Below the pieces are notes generated by a model. It was not told the DNA's origin and searched no databases. It saw only the letters and a program-made list of their open reading frames with translations. Of a stretch of DNA of 64,000 nucleotides, positions 1 through 12,539 are shown one piece after another (the stretch's first letter is position 1; the number at the start of each line of letters is the position of its first letter). The translations under genes were made by a program, and so were the position numbers. Origin of the DNA: Mytilus edulis (taxonomy: Eukaryota); contig NC_092353.1 of the NCBI RefSeq assembly GCF_963676685.1, positions 83,390,001-83,454,000 on the forward strand, read 5' to 3'.

Positions 1-1061
1 TTTGTTTTCTGTAATTAGTTAATCATGTTAATACTTCAGTTTCATTATGTATATCTTTTATATCCATTTGATAACATTTACTGTTTGCATAGCATAAATT
101 GTTCTAAATAATAAGGACATGATGTTCTTATCCCAAGCATAAAACATAGCCGTATTTGACACAACCTTTTTCAACTTTTGATCTTCAGTGCTGTACAACT
201 TTGTACTTTTTTTCACTTTCGATCTTTTATATCTGGGCGTCACTGGTGAGTCGTGTGTGGACGAGGCGCGTTTTTGGCGTATTGAATTTTAAACCTGATG
301 CCTTTTGTAATCTATTAATCATGTGTTCCTTTGTCTAATATGTTCTCCTATTTATTTGTATTGTAGTCCTGTATTATTATGTTGTCATTTCAATGTTATA
401 TTTAACATTGCCATTAAAGTGCGAGGTTTGGCATGCCACAAAACCAGGTTCAACCCACCATTTTTATCTTTAAAAATGTCCTGTACCAAGTCAGGAAAAT
501 GGCCATTGTTATATTATAGTTCGTATCTGTGTGTGTAACATTCTAACGTTGTGTTTCCGTTGTGTCGTTTGTTTTCTCTTATATTTGAGTGTGAATTCAC
601 ATTACTATAAGACGTGTCACGCTACTTTTCTATCCCAAATTCATGTATTTGGTGTTGATGTCATATTTGTTATTCTCATCGGATTTTGTCTAATGCTTAG
701 TCCGTTTCTGTGTATGTTACATTTTAATGTTGTGTCGTTGTTCTCCTCTTATATTTAATGCGTTTCCATCAGTTTTAGTTTGTTACCCCAATTTTGCTTT
801 TTGTCCATAGATTTACGAGTTTTGAACAGCGTTATACTACTGTTGCCTTTATTTACATGTAAAAAGTAAAATCACAAAAATACTGAACTCCAAGGAGAAT
901 TCAAAGTGGAAAGTCTTAAAAATTCCCGCATTGATGACTTTATCTCTCACTGTTGTTAAACTGATCGTGGTAATTGCTGTCTGCTTCATATCTTGACTAA
1001 CATCTATAAATTAACAATGAGGGTAGGTTCAAAACAAAACTTTACTACCAATGATTTTTAC

Positions 1062-1320
1062 AGGTACCCAATTGGGAACTTTTCATTTATATGTATAGCA
1101 ACATTCCAGCATCACCTGCATACGAAGTATATATCTCCAAGTTGATACACTATTCAAGAGCATATATCTATCATGATTTCCTTGATAGGGGTTGATGCTA
1201 ACAAGGAAGCTATTCAACCAAGAGTTCAAAATAGTGAAGCTGAAATCATTCCCTCGTAAATGTCACGGACGTCATCACGAAATGGTTGACCGTTTTGGAA
1301 TATCTGTTTCACAGATGGCG
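1062..1320 (+). pseudogene. Penelope-like reverse transcriptase C-terminal remnant
   Basis: Broken frame resembling SNIPASPAYEVYISKLIHYSRA..HDFLDRG..LTRKLFNQEF..GRHHEMVDR. Confidence 0.7.
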
Positions 1321-2816
1321 ACGAACAAACGTAACTACAATCTCGTTCCTTTCTTCCGAATGTGAACAACAGAATTAGACATATCACCGGGTTTGTACTT
1401 ACACGAGCAACACGACGTTGTTACATGTGGAGCAGGATCTGCTTAGCCTTCCGACCTGAAATCTTCCCAAGTTTTGGTGAGGTTCGTGTTGCTCAGTCTT
1501 TGGTTCTCTATGTGTGTCTGTTTGTCTTTTTCTTTTTATCCATGGCGTTGCCAGTGTCTCTTCGACTAATGAGTTTGAATTTCATTTTGGTATCCTTGGT
1601 CTCTCTTTTGGTAAAGCAAAAGAAGAGGCACAAGAAGAACAGAATGAATAACATGTAAACCAGAAAAACCAGGATAATTAATCTGATTTAAAGACTTTTG
1701 GAAAACCTACAAAAAGATGGCCAGGAACACAAAACATTGCTCAGTGCTACCATTAATTGTTGAAAATTAAGATCCGATATTTGACAATACACTTTGGTTA
1801 AGTTGTACATTGAAAGAAAGTACCTTCTTTGGAGGGAGCCAATACTAATTTATCGTAGGACAAGTAGAAAAATCCGTCCGTTCGGAACAAATCTTAACTA
1901 TAGTAGTTTTATGTAGTTTTATGCATTCAGGACCAAACCCAATATATGATGATGTTGTAGAATTGAAAACAGATTAGAGGAAGCTGAATAAATATAAAAA
2001 CCATATATTTGTTTAACAAATATGCCAATCGTCCTATATGGCATACGCCATTCTATAAACAACAGACCATACTATACAGCCCGAAATACCTCTCGGAAAA
2101 CGAAGACATGTATACAATATAAAATTGAGAATGGAAATGGAAATAGGGAATATGTCAAAGAGACAACAACCTGACCAAAGAGCAGATAACAGCCGAAGAC
2201 CACCAACGGGTCTTCAACGCACCGAAAAAAAATCAGCTGGCCCCTAGATAAAATGTGTACTAGTTTAGTTTAAATGGACGTTATCCTAAACTCCAAAACA
2301 TGTAAATGATCTAAATTTTGAAAAACACAAAACGAACAAACGTCGATATAGTAAAAACAAACACACATCAATACGCACAGTAAAACTCAGTCCAAAAGAA
2401 GTCCGAGTGCGATGTCAGAATAGGTAACAAAAAGAACTAAGCAAAATGACAATGATACATAAATTAACAATGGACTATAAGCAGTTACTGACCTGGCAGC
2501 TCCAAACCTCAATTAATCTGATTGAAAGATTATGTCTTCATCATACGAATATCAAGCACTGTAGGAGTTTAGTAACATACCATAATAAAATATATGAGAA
2601 GAACATATTTCTATGTGCATCCATCTGATGAGTTAAGCCTTTTTCAACTGATTTTTGTTGTACTGTTAGACCACTGTCCCAGGTCAGGGGAATGGTTGGG
2701 ATCCCACTAACATGTTTAACACCGCCACATTCTGTATGTATGTGCCTGTCCCAAGTCAGGAGCCTTAAATTAGTGGTTGTCGTTTGTTGGTGTGTAACAT
2801 ATTTGTTTTTCGTTTA

Positions 2817-3320
2817 TTTTTATGCCCCACCTACGATAGTAGAGGGGCATTATGTTTTCTGGTCTGTGCCTCCGTTCGTTCGTTCGTCCGTCCGATTGTG
2901 CGTCCGTCTGTTCGTCCGTCCGATTGTGCGTCCGTCTGTTCGTCCGTTCGCTTCAGGTTAAAGTTTTTGGTCAAGGTAGTTTTTGAAGAAGTTGAAGTCC
3001 AATCAACTTGAAACTTAGTACACATGTTCCCCATGATATGATCTTTCTAATTTTAATGCCAAATTATACTTTTGACCCCAATTTCGTGGTCCACTGAACA
3101 TAGAAAATGATAGTGCGAAGTTCAGGTTAAAGTTTTTGGTCAAGGTAGTTTTTGATGAAGTTAAAGTTACATCAACTTGAAACTTAGTACACATGTTCCC
3201 TATGATATGATTTTTCTTATTTTAATTCCAATAAAGGTTTAACCCCAATTTTCACGGTCCACTGAACATAGAAAATGATAGTGCGAGTGGGACATCCGTG
3301 TACTATGGACACATTCTTGT
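2817..3320 (+). mobile_element. Helentron/DINE-1-like non-autonomous element (HINE)
   Basis: 5' ATGCCCC..GGGGCAT inverted repeat, (CGTC/CGTT)n microsatellite, two ~169-bp core repeats (2952, 3121), T-rich ends; interrupts another repeat. Confidence 0.8.
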
Positions 3321-5080
3321 TTGTACATAAATTTGGTTGTTAGTTTTCTCCCTTGAATTGTTTTACATTTGTTATTTCGGGGCCTTTTATGGCTGACTAT
3401 GCGGTATGGGCTTTCCTCATTGTTGAAAGCAGTACAATGACCTATAATTATTAATTTCTGTGTCATTTGGTGTCTTGTTGAGAGTTGTCTCATTGGTAAT
3501 CATACCACATCTTCTTTTTTTTAGCATGCAAACAACTGGTTTTAGAATAAATGTGTTTATTTCCGATGCAAAGACCCTATAAGTGAATCAATAGTAAAGC
3601 TAAAATATGCCATCTTTAATGACCTGACAACTATACCATATACTAAAGTACCGGGAGAAGTTATTTTGAACAATGGTATGCAATAAGAGGAAACAAAGTA
3701 GTACCAAGAGATAAGTTTAGTCAAAACAACCCTTAGTGTCATTTCAAGAGATTCAATGAATTATTCTGATTCTTTAACCGTTTTCTGATATATCTCGTAG
3801 CTACTGCCCCTTTAAGACATAGCGGTCAAATACAAACAATCAAATAAAAACTCCTGACTTGGAATATGTTTGAAAAACATAACAGAAAACAAGGAAAACC
3901 TGTTGGAAAAGGCAAGCTCATTAGATCAGTACTTACAACAAACTAAAGCAAACAAAAAAAGACACAAAAACATGTCTCTAAGGTGATTTTTATTATGCGA
4001 TGATTGTAAGTTTGTTTGATATCATTCCCGGTGCGTTTGAAATTTTTATTTGCCTTAACCATACAATTTGAGGTTGTTTTTGTTTGGGTTGGGTTTTTTT
4101 TGTTTGGAGGGGGTGCAAAACAGATGCCCAACAGACAATATACGACTGGATATTTTCTAAAATAACCAATGGAACATTTGCTGGGTAGCGCATGCTTTAT
4201 AGCTAATCACGATTGAATTATTTTTTAAATGCCAAACGTTATCTTAAAAGAAGTTGAAACTTAAACGATGCTTTTTACAAAAAATGGCTTAGCCGAAGCT
4301 AAACATGGTTTCGAGACTCCCTGGATAAATACTGATTATTAATCACAACCTGAACCATAACTGAACAGACTAAAGCAGTCAAGGCAGCTAGACTGGTTCT
4401 CTGTCCTTTATCTGCTTGGCTCCGATATGTATCTGAGATACCCGTATGTTGCAAGGGAGAGGACCAGCCTATCAAGGCAGCCTTCATTGGCAATGCAAGA
4501 CGAAGACGTAAATACTTTTTGAACCTGATCGTGTAAACATAATCATAAAATGATTTCAATTTACACCGTATAATATTCTGAAATTTATCTGAACAGTTCA
4601 ATGTCTTAGTATCGCAGGATTGAAGATATCAATCAACATTCACTTAGTGAAATGACACTCCGTATATTGCGTGCTTCTTAAGCGTTTTCTTGATACAATT
4701 TATAACTGTAATTCATTATTTAAAAAATATGTTTTATAACTATATTATTAGATAGAGCTGTCCGAATCTGTTCTATACAGACCAGCCAGGAAGTGTTCAT
4801 ATAGGAAATACTTTATATATATATAAGTAGTAACACTTAGAAGTTTCCCGGTACTTGAGGCTTTTTAAGCAAAGTAACAGATAGCCATATCTGACTGGTT
4901 TATACAATTGTTATCATAAAAAAAAAATTAAAGACATTTATAGCTATTTAATAAGCCTATAAAAACATGTTTTAAAAAAAAACTTGAAAATTACTAGTTC
5001 TGTCATATTACCGTCCGTTTGTCAATATAAGCCAGGAATATGACAATTGATTTTCATTCGATCAAGCAGGTGATATAATG

Positions 5081-5715
5081 CTTTATACTGCACTCGTTCT
5101 ATTTGAGCAGTCAAAATGCATTGACTGTATATTTCTATGTCAAATACAGTCACTGACCCGATATCACTTTTCCTCATGAATATTTAAATAGTAGAGCTGG
5201 AACTGTATTTTTAAAATATTCACGACGACCACTACAGCCTGTAGCGTGGAACGACTCAAACTTATTTATTATACAATTGTTGGAAAAACATATTTCACTT
5301 GTTAATATTTTTTTGTTTAAAACCTATAAATGATTATGGTTTATGCTTAATGTTGATATTTTAGTACATACTAAAACGAATTCGTTCACCATCGATTGGT
5401 TTCAACAGGTAATGTACATTTCATTGATCTTCATTGTGTTGTATATTTCTCCGCCAGATGTGAGGCCTTTTTAAAGGGATTTTATCCCCAATATTTAAAT
5501 AAAATAAATAACTATAACACACAATAAACAACAAATGAACATGTTTTTTTTATATCTAGATTGCAGTATAAAGACAACAATTGACTTGACATATCAACGA
5601 TATAAGGATTCGGCCCCAAACGGGGAAAAAGTTTGGCAGAGCCTCCCATTTCCCTGTTTCTAAGCCTCATCCTTATATCGTTGATATATCAAGTCAGTAC
5701 ACTATTTTGTCTATA
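5081..5715. mobile_element. Non-autonomous element with 12-bp asymmetric TIR and terminal hairpin
   Basis: CTTTATACTGCA (5081-5092) / TGCAGTATAAAG (5562-5573); 28-bp inverted repeat 5582-5609 / 5669-5696. Confidence 0.7.
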
Positions 5716-6532
5716 TATACAGGAAAAGACGATATCCATGAATAGTTTGTATAAAATAATATAAATCAATATAAAATCAAAGTACTGAAGTACATCGGAT
5801 GACCGCAAGTTCTTGTAGTTGGTCACAAACACTTGTCTCAGTAAAAAAAAACATCTCTATACCTGAAAGTTAGGTTAAGGTACATAGATGTATTTTTATT
5901 CTCAGATAAGTTCAAGTGTGGATGATGAATAAATGACCAGGAATTCAACCTCACCGTAATAACTATATATAAATATTTGTATAAGTGTTATATATAATTT
6001 TCATCCATTTGTATATCATTCTATTCTACTAAACCCAGAAATACGCTTCTGACGCAACAAATAGTGAGATTTACTCTTATTTTATAATGACATAAAATTA
6101 CAAACTAAAATGTATCATTTATATTGAAATAAAGTACTTTACTTTAGTAGGTCACATTTCATATAAAACTTACATTTTCTCATCTTTAACTACTATAAGT
6201 AGATACACTATGGGCGCTTCCAGGCACTTGAGTTATCATGATACTTTGAACGACAAATCACTTTAGATAAATGAATAACTCGTCACCCTTATCTGTGATT
6301 GATACAGTTATGATCATTAGAAAAGTAACGGTATTTGAGGTGGTATATGTATCGAATGTAAATCATATGATGTCATGTTTTAAATATGAAGAGGTAATAG
6401 TACACAGTGTCATTCGGTATATCGAGAGAACTTATCGTGAAAAAATAACTAAAAGTGGTCAAGTATTGCAATCGGATCGTGAAAGATATGTTCTTCTACC
6501 AATTACTAACGCCCATAGACTACCCAACTCTT

Positions 6533-7458
6533 TAATAGTTATCCCATAAGGACGCGGTGTGTCAGTGTCAGATCATCCCGATGGCCGGAGGCCAGAGGGT
6601 GATCTTACACTGACACACCAAGTCCGAATGGGATAACTATTTTACATCCCAGCTGTTTTAGATTAGACGAAAAACCATTTACAATTCATAAAATCTAGTT
6701 TAGAACGCAACACAAACATTATAATATACTTTATATATTACTATATGATGTATACCCTTATGACCCCCTAACACGATGAGTAGATATCAAACAATGTCAA
6801 ACCGCCCCACTGGCCAATCGGCCCACACTACATCGCCCCTAACACGATGAGTAGATATCAAACAATGTCAAACCGCCCCACTGGCCAATCGGCCCACACT
6901 ATATCGCCCCTAACACGATGAGTAGATATCAAACAATGTCAAACCGCCCCACTGGCCAATCGGCCCACACTATATCGCCACCTTATGAAAAAATCGCCCC
7001 ACTCTTGTAACCGACTCGCCCAACTTTAAAAAAGTGTAAAATCGAATTGAACAATCAGTCTGACAACTCATTTATTTAACGAAAAGGGTTTAAACCCCAC
7101 TGAATAAAGGTCTGCCAACTCGCCCCAGTTATAAAAATATCTTTCTTCCTTTAAGTATGTTAAATTTCTGATAGTTCATATCCAGTCGTCCTGGTGAAGT
7201 GGTATGTGTCGTGGCTTGATATGCTAAAGGTCTTGAGTTCGAATCCCAGCATATACACTGGATTTTTTCTATGTGAATTTTGATTCATAGTCTTCTCCGT
7301 ATAATTAATTATAAGTTTTATACTGGATTTGACATTCCCGCCAAAATGTTACAGAACAAAGGAAAGCATGCATAATAAAGAAACTTAAACTGGGGTGATC
7401 TGGTTGGGGTGATCCGGCTCAGATCACTCCTGTTAGAACAAAGGAGCTGGGATGTAAA
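6533..7458. mobile_element. Non-autonomous DNA element (asymmetric 14-bp TIR plus long terminal hairpin) nested in DIRS repeat B2
   Basis: TTTACATCCCAGCT (6641-6654) / AGCTGGGATGTAAA (7445-7458); hairpin with ~46-bp arms at 6534-6641; empty site visible in B1. Confidence 0.85.
6765..6978. repeat. 71-bp tandem repeat x3
   Basis: ACACGATGAG starts at 6771, 6842 and 6913. Confidence 0.95.
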
Positions 7459-7939
7459 TACACATAACACTAATAAAAACCAAACTAAAGTTCAAATTGA
7501 ATACCCACACGACAGTGCCATGTGCTGATTTTAATTGCACATTATGATACATAATATCATGTCGACAAAATATAGTCAGTAATTTATAATTACTACTGAA
7601 ATCAAAACATTAATAAATTCACATAAGCAAGAATGTTGAATGGTTATATCCAATGAAGCGCGAGAATACAAATAACGGTCTATGGGCAGACAACTAGAAG
7701 AACTTAATTTCAATCTAATGCATTTCCTTCAAACGGTTGAAATTACATTTCTTCTACCAATTACTAACGCCCATGGACTACCCAACTCTATACAAATAAC
7801 ACTAATAAAAACCAAACTGAAGTTCAAATTGAATACCCACATGACAGTGCCATGTGCTGAACTACAAAGAACGGGCAATAATTTTTTTATCTTGCTTATA
7901 GAACTTAATTCACTTTGAAAATAAAAAGTTAATGTCAGG

Positions 7940-8955
7940 TTATAAACCTAAGTTTTCAAAAACAATTAATCTTTCTTTTAAAGAGTCTTTAATGTAACCA
8001 TCCTTGGTGGTCTCTGAACGCCATCTACCGTGTCTTTTGAACAATCGATCGGAAATGCCTAAATCAGCGCAAGTTGTAGCTCCACCAGAACGTAAACTAT
8101 GCAATCCATACTTCTTAATATATGACACAAATGGTGGAAAAGCTTCAAAAAATAATTCTCTCATACGTGTGTAAGACAGTGGTTTATCATCCTTCCGAAG
8201 TACATTTTTGTACATATCAATCCTTGAATTTTGATAAATTTCTGAAAATAAATTCTTCTGAATCCGGCGAAATATCAGCCAACAACAAATATAACTTTAA
8301 ATTCTTTACTGGACACATATCGGAATCCATACAGGCTATTACTACAGAATTGCCATCACGATAAATATCAAGTTTCACTTTTCGGAATAAATATAGATAC
8401 ATAACCTAATTCAAACTTGATATCACATATACGTATATTTAATAGCTCGGATACTATCAAAAATCCTGAATAAGCAAGTAAACACGCGCAAATAATACGC
8501 TGTGAGTACTGACATAACATTATATTCCTTAAATAATGAACTATACATTTTAGATAAGAACTCAGGAGTAACTGGTTCCTTTTTCTCCGTTCGTGTAGCT
8601 AAGCGCCGTTTTGCACCTTCTAAAACATTTTTCACAACTGAATTTTCGTAAGGAGACGTTTTTCCAATCATATGATGTGCCCATTGTATACTATAAAATG
8701 CTGAAATTACCGGACTTGCAGTTTGACTGTTTTGAACTAATGAAGATAAATAAAGGGCAACGTGCACAGGTTTTACCGGTAAAATATCACAACCATTTAT
8801 ACCGTTATGAAAGGCCCACTTTTTCCAACGGATAAATCCTGCATGGTCAGTTTAAACGGTACTGTCAGCTTTAGATCCGCAAGGTAAATCCATAAGAACA
8901 TCAACATTGGTATGGAGATTTGGTGGCAAAAAAATAATCTCAGATTCATAAGCCT
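7940..8955 (-). pseudogene. Tyrosine recombinase ORF of the DIRS-order element (frameshifted)
   Basis: YGLHSLRSGGAT...HGRWRSE..GY catalytic motifs; the first catalytic Arg position reads GFLIVSE; split over several frames. Confidence 0.92.
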
Positions 8956-9302
8956 GCAAAAACACATGTATAAACAATAATTAAACAATAGCAGCATCTT
9001 AAAAGATAAAACTACCAACAGAAAAATATTTGTTAGTGCATCTCACAAGACTATATACAATAGTCTTAAATGCTGAACATAAGCATTTGTATTTGTTAGT
9101 ATAATAGTTCTCAAAAAGGACAATTATAGCCTTAATGCCATAATCTGAAATTCAGATATGCATTGTAACGTTAGTACACACACAAGGCACTACTACCGCC
9201 TTTAAAATATCATCTGTAAAATACAGATAAGCATAAACAGCTTAATAAACAAAATTGGTTTACAACCTTCTTTCATATTTAATAGTATTATTTTCAGAAA
9301 TC

Positions 9303-10440
9303 TTACCTCAAAGCTAACATCTTGAATGTAGGATCAGTATTACCAAAAAATGGCCTTCTTGGTTTTACAAGGAGTATAAAACTCCTTACCGCTTGGTAAT
9401 TCCACATATGCGATAAATGATCTGTAAAATCGCCCCCATTTGGGCATAACATAGGCCAATAACTTGCCGATGGCCAACAAGGAACAATCAATGTACCTAC
9501 AGCGTTGCATGTCTCGTGTAATTAAAAACACGTGGTATAAAAAATATAGGCGGTACAAAAATACCGTTAACCCCAAACCAATCTACTGTGAAAGCATCAA
9601 TACCAGCAGAATTTTCATTCCAAAATCTTGAATAAAATACCAGTAACTTGAAATTGTGGTCAGAAGCAAACCAACCTTCTTCATAAGGTCCCCATAAATA
9701 TTGTATCAATTGAAAAATATAATGTGATATTCCCCACTCATCATGATCAACGATGCGACTCAGAAAATCAGCTTTTTCGTTTGGTGTTCTAGGTATCCAA
9801 ACTATATCAATGTTGACAGTGTACTTCAAACATGCGCTAAATATGTCCAAGGCTAAATTCTGTAAAATAGTTTTTGTACTTCCTTTGCTTACACTGCTCA
9901 CAACATATTAGTTATCTGTAAACCATTTGACCTTATTTCCATATAACAAATCAATTAAGGACAGCAAAACTTTCTTTACCGCTGAAAGTTCCTTCAAAGT
10001 TGAACTATTACTATATATACCATGTGCAATGTTTTGTGGTGCTTCTACAATATAACCTCCAAAGCCTGTATCACTAGCGTCACTGTAGATAATACTAACA
10101 TATAAGAATAACAAGACGCAGATGTGTTCACGTCTATAGTTAAATGTTTAGTCATTAAATAAACTAAATTTCCAAAAACTATTAAAGTATGTAGATATTA
10201 TCTGACCTACAACTGATGCAACTTTTTCACGTACACGCTTTAACGCCCTGTTAAACAAGATATAATGTCATCAACAGAATGTATCGTCTTATCTAGTATT
10301 TTATAAAAGCCTTACTCTGTATCAATAAATGTGCCTAACCAAACCAGACGTTTAGTAGGTTCCAACAATGATTTTTCGGCATTAGGTACAAAGCCATTTT
10401 TAACTAAATCTATCTTAACTTGTTCTGACACAATCTTGCA
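9303..10440 (-). pseudogene. RT C-terminus / RNase H / methyltransferase-like remnant of the DIRS-order element
   Basis: GFVPNAEKSLLEPTKRLVWLG (end of RT); YSDASDTGFGG, KELSAV, FTDN, WIPR..NEKADFLSR (RNase H); WGP..FAS..DAF..W..FVPP (DIRS MT-like region). The RT core appears deleted. Confidence 0.88.
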
Positions 10441-10669
10441 CATATCTAGATCTCGTTCAATTGAACAATAATATAATCATAAGCACCAATATTTATCCAA
10501 AATTGGATATTTTCCTTCAGCCTACCCTTATCAATAATAGCAGTACCATCTTGCTCATATTCGAAATAGTCATGTTTAAAAGTTGGTTCAAACAAATTTT
10601 CTAAAGAACTTGTGTAAAAAATTATACTGATCTTTTACAAAACTAGTTTCTTTTGTGTGGCGCTGCTGT

Positions 10670-11370
10670 CTTGTTGTTTTAGAAGGGGCAGTTTTAACTA
10701 TCCAGTGCTTGTACGACCCACAGTTGAAGCATGGTACCCGTTGAGATTTTCCAGCGTACTGGTCTTGTGCATACGGGAAACCTCCATACCAAGACGGCTG
10801 GTCCCCTCGAAAGGGCTGTTAGGGATTGAAGCTAGGGTTGGCAGTGGAAGGAATCTGTTGTTGTTTACCTGCCGGTTTGCCCTTTGCCTTTTTCTTCCTG
10901 GTGACCCTGTTTTCGGCTCTGATTATCTTGGACTCATCTTCTGAATCACTAGCAATTGGGTTTGCCTCGTACTGGCGATCGGTGTACCATCTCCCATCAG
11001 AAGTATCCGCGATCTTTATTACCTTATTTCTTTGTTTAAGCCTCTCTGTACTCGAATAAATAATGTCTCTGGCATAGTCAGCTTTGCCATTGTCAATAGC
11101 CCAAAGAGCTTGGGTTCAATCTAAATTTTCAGTATTACCATTGAATTGAATTTTATTACCTTCAGAACGCTATTTATACTAGGAGTTCGACTTCAACTTC
11201 TTGACTTGGGATTTCATACATTGGCTTGTGCCATGGATTTCGTCGCGCAAACTATTAATCTTTTCGCTAATTTTGGTGTCCACAAGAACTTCAATATCCT
11301 TCTTTTGACGATTAACCGCGTCTAAAACTGTACGCAAAGATATTTCATCAGAGGGTGTATCTGAATCCAT
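10670..11370 (-). pseudogene. gag-like ORF1 remnant with zinc knuckle
   Basis: MDSDTPSDEI..; RNKVIKIADTSDG..; PIASDSEDESKIIRAE; CFNCGSYKHW..CP knuckle at about 10686-10738; contains stops and frameshifts. Confidence 0.75.
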
Positions 11371-11851
11371 GTTTACTGTTAACTGGGAAACACATCTAAT
11401 CGAGTCGGCCCTGTCGTGCTGAATGGTTATATCCCATCCCGCGGAAATACAAATAACGGTCTATGGGCAGACAACTAAAAGAAATTAATTTCAATCTAAT
11501 TCAGTTCCTTCAAACGGTTGAAATTACATGTATAGGATCGTGAATGCAATTAAGTGTAATTCTATTTCATAATCTGTGAAAAATCTGCTGCATTTTCAAA
11601 AGGTGGAATAAATCAGGGGGAAACAATCATGCCTGTCAAAATGATTCAAATTACTAAATAAAATTGTGCATTAATTTTAAGTTAGATAAAAAAAAAACCA
11701 GTTCTATATTTAGGAAAACACAAAAGGCGACAAAACGCGGTTATATATCTATGATGGTTACGACCCAATATATCATAATATAGTTTAAACTTAATCTTTA
11801 TTCATATAGTCAGTGAATTAAAAATATTATCACTTGAAAAAGATCATATTA

Positions 11852-12412
11852 TTTTTGTAAAAAAAGTATGTTTTTAAAAAAAAAAAATCATTGGAAAGTA
11901 CCAAGACCTAATAAAATAATATTCAGTGTCAACTTAACAAATAATACAGGATAGCCTTGGGTTATAGATTCTAGGTGCTGACTCTGCTTTTAAAAATATC
12001 ATTTTATGTACTTGACAGTTTTACCTTTGTGTGTCTTTGTACTAATATTGCCTATTTGATCGTATGGTTTGTCATATATGCATCCTGCTTTCTGGTGTTT
12101 TGCTTTTTGGCATTACTTATGTGTGTGGGTTTTTTTGTAAAAAAAGTATGTTTTTCTAAAAAAAAAAAATCATTGGAAAGTACCAAGACCTAATAAAATA
12201 ATATTCAGTGTCAACTTAACAAATAATACAGGATAGCCTTGGGTTATAGATTCTAGGTGCTGACTCTGCTTTTAAAAATATTATTTTATGTACTTGACAA
12301 TTTTACCTTTGTGTGTCTTTGTACTAATATTGCCTATTTGATCGTATGGTTTGTCATATATGCATCCTGCTTTCTGGTGTTTTGCTTTTTGGCATTACTT
12401 ATGTGTGTGGGT
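11852..12412. repeat. ~280-bp tandem duplication x2
   Basis: TTGGAAAGTACCAAGACC...ATGTGTGTGGGT occurs twice, nearly identical. Confidence 0.92.
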
Positions 12413-12539
12413 CCAGAGATGCGATTCGGATATATGAGGTTTGTAACCTGGTATTTATATTTCATTTTTTTTTTAGATTTTATCGGAAAAGTGTATATAC
12501 ATTCACGATCATTTTTCAGTCTTGATTTGTAGATATGTC

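Larger units (their letters stand above)
6488..11531 (-). mobile_element. Decayed tyrosine-recombinase (DIRS-order) retrotransposon with split direct repeats (PAT/Ngaro architecture)
   Basis: A1 11420-11529 matches A2 7637-7748; B1 7749-7860 matches B2 6491-6531+7459-7528; order A1-ORFs-B1-A2-B2. gag, RT/RNaseH/MT-like and YR remnants; ATGT at both ends. Confidence 0.92.

Noticed and set aside
58-3493. Short ORFs at the window start
   Set aside because: They fall within interspersed repeats and microsatellite, with no domain-like content other than the PLE remnant.
7184-7252. Intact tRNA gene
   Set aside because: A and B boxes are present, but there is no credible acceptor or anticodon stem pairing.
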